Positions 63,341 through 64,000 of a DNA stretch of 64,000 nt are shown here, piece after piece. This DNA is from the human T2T-CHM13v2.0 reference genome, Homo sapiens. The notes beneath the pieces are model-generated. The model did no database searches. It was not told where the DNA came from and saw only the letters and a list, made by a program, of their open reading frames with translations. The stretch is taken from the NCBI RefSeq assembly GCF_009914755.1, contig NC_060931.1. The stretch is one strand, 5' to 3'. The translations under genes and the position numbers were made by a program. Each line of letters opens with the position of its first letter. Positions within the stretch are counted from its first letter, which is position 1.

Positions 63341-64000
63341 TGCTGTTCTTTAAATACTGACCAAAGATATTTACTTTTTGCTTTCTTTGGGCAATAGATT
63401 TGACTTTATTACCTTTTCTTGTGAATCTACTAATAAATTAGGCTTTTCTTTTTCTTGGAACCTCGCAACTCACACCCCTTTTCTTACCATTTCCAAAAAC
63501 AAAATATCTACTGGAATCATCAGCTTTAGCCCTAATTGTAAAGGATCAAGGATAGGAAAATGTTGAGCTTATCAAATACCACTTAGGTGGGAAAAGGTAA
63601 TTATTTTGTTTCCCAAGGCAAACACAAAAAGAAATTTGGCATTAGAAGATGAAAGTAGATAATTTTTAAGTTACCAAATCAAGATGCTGTTTGCAGAAAT
63701 ATTTGGTCCACAGTAGATGATTCATTTAAAAAATACACTTTACCTGACACAGTGCAAAAGTTAAAATGATTTTTATTTTATTTTGCGGTTTAGCTTTAAT
63801 ACAACCTGCTAAAATGGCACAGAATCAATACTGCAATGAAAAACCTCTGTTTCTTTGTTGAGTCTGGTGTCTGTCAATAGGTTTCTAGGGGCATCTGATC
63901 ATTATTTAAGCTTAAACTCAATTATTCAGAAAATGCCCTGTGGCCCTAGCATCAGCATAAAATAGCAGCAAGACCTTACTAAACTGCTCAGAACTGGGTG

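Overview
Primate (most likely human) genomic DNA from the middle of the HDAC9 gene (class IIa histone deacetylase), gene on the + strand. Four internal coding exons are present: 9412-9589, 30833-30966, 43985-44105 and 48934-48983. They total 483 nt (161 codons), all with AG/GT boundaries and consistent phases. They encode the linker (PFLEPTH...PGSAT) and the start of the deacetylase domain ([15 protein letters not shown]...LPCGGLG). The rest is intron rich in repeats: about 10 Alus (nearly all antisense, one from the AluYb lineage), a full-length antisense L1PA nested with a 15-bp TSD in a full-length Tigger1, other Tigger/hAT fossils, L2/MIR, an MLT1 LTR and a ~1-kb purine-pyrimidine minisatellite. 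The most interesting inference concerns the antisense L1. It keeps an open ORF0 with a strong Kozak start and a phase-1 GT donor (21990/21991) that would splice in frame onto the first deacetylase-domain exon (30833). It also carries a + strand AATAAA. Together these could split HDAC9 exactly between its corepressor half and its catalytic half. Expression is untested. No prokaryotic system, CRISPR array or RNA gene is seen. Repeat subfamily calls and gene identity come from recalled consensus and protein sequences, and old repeat boundaries are approximate.
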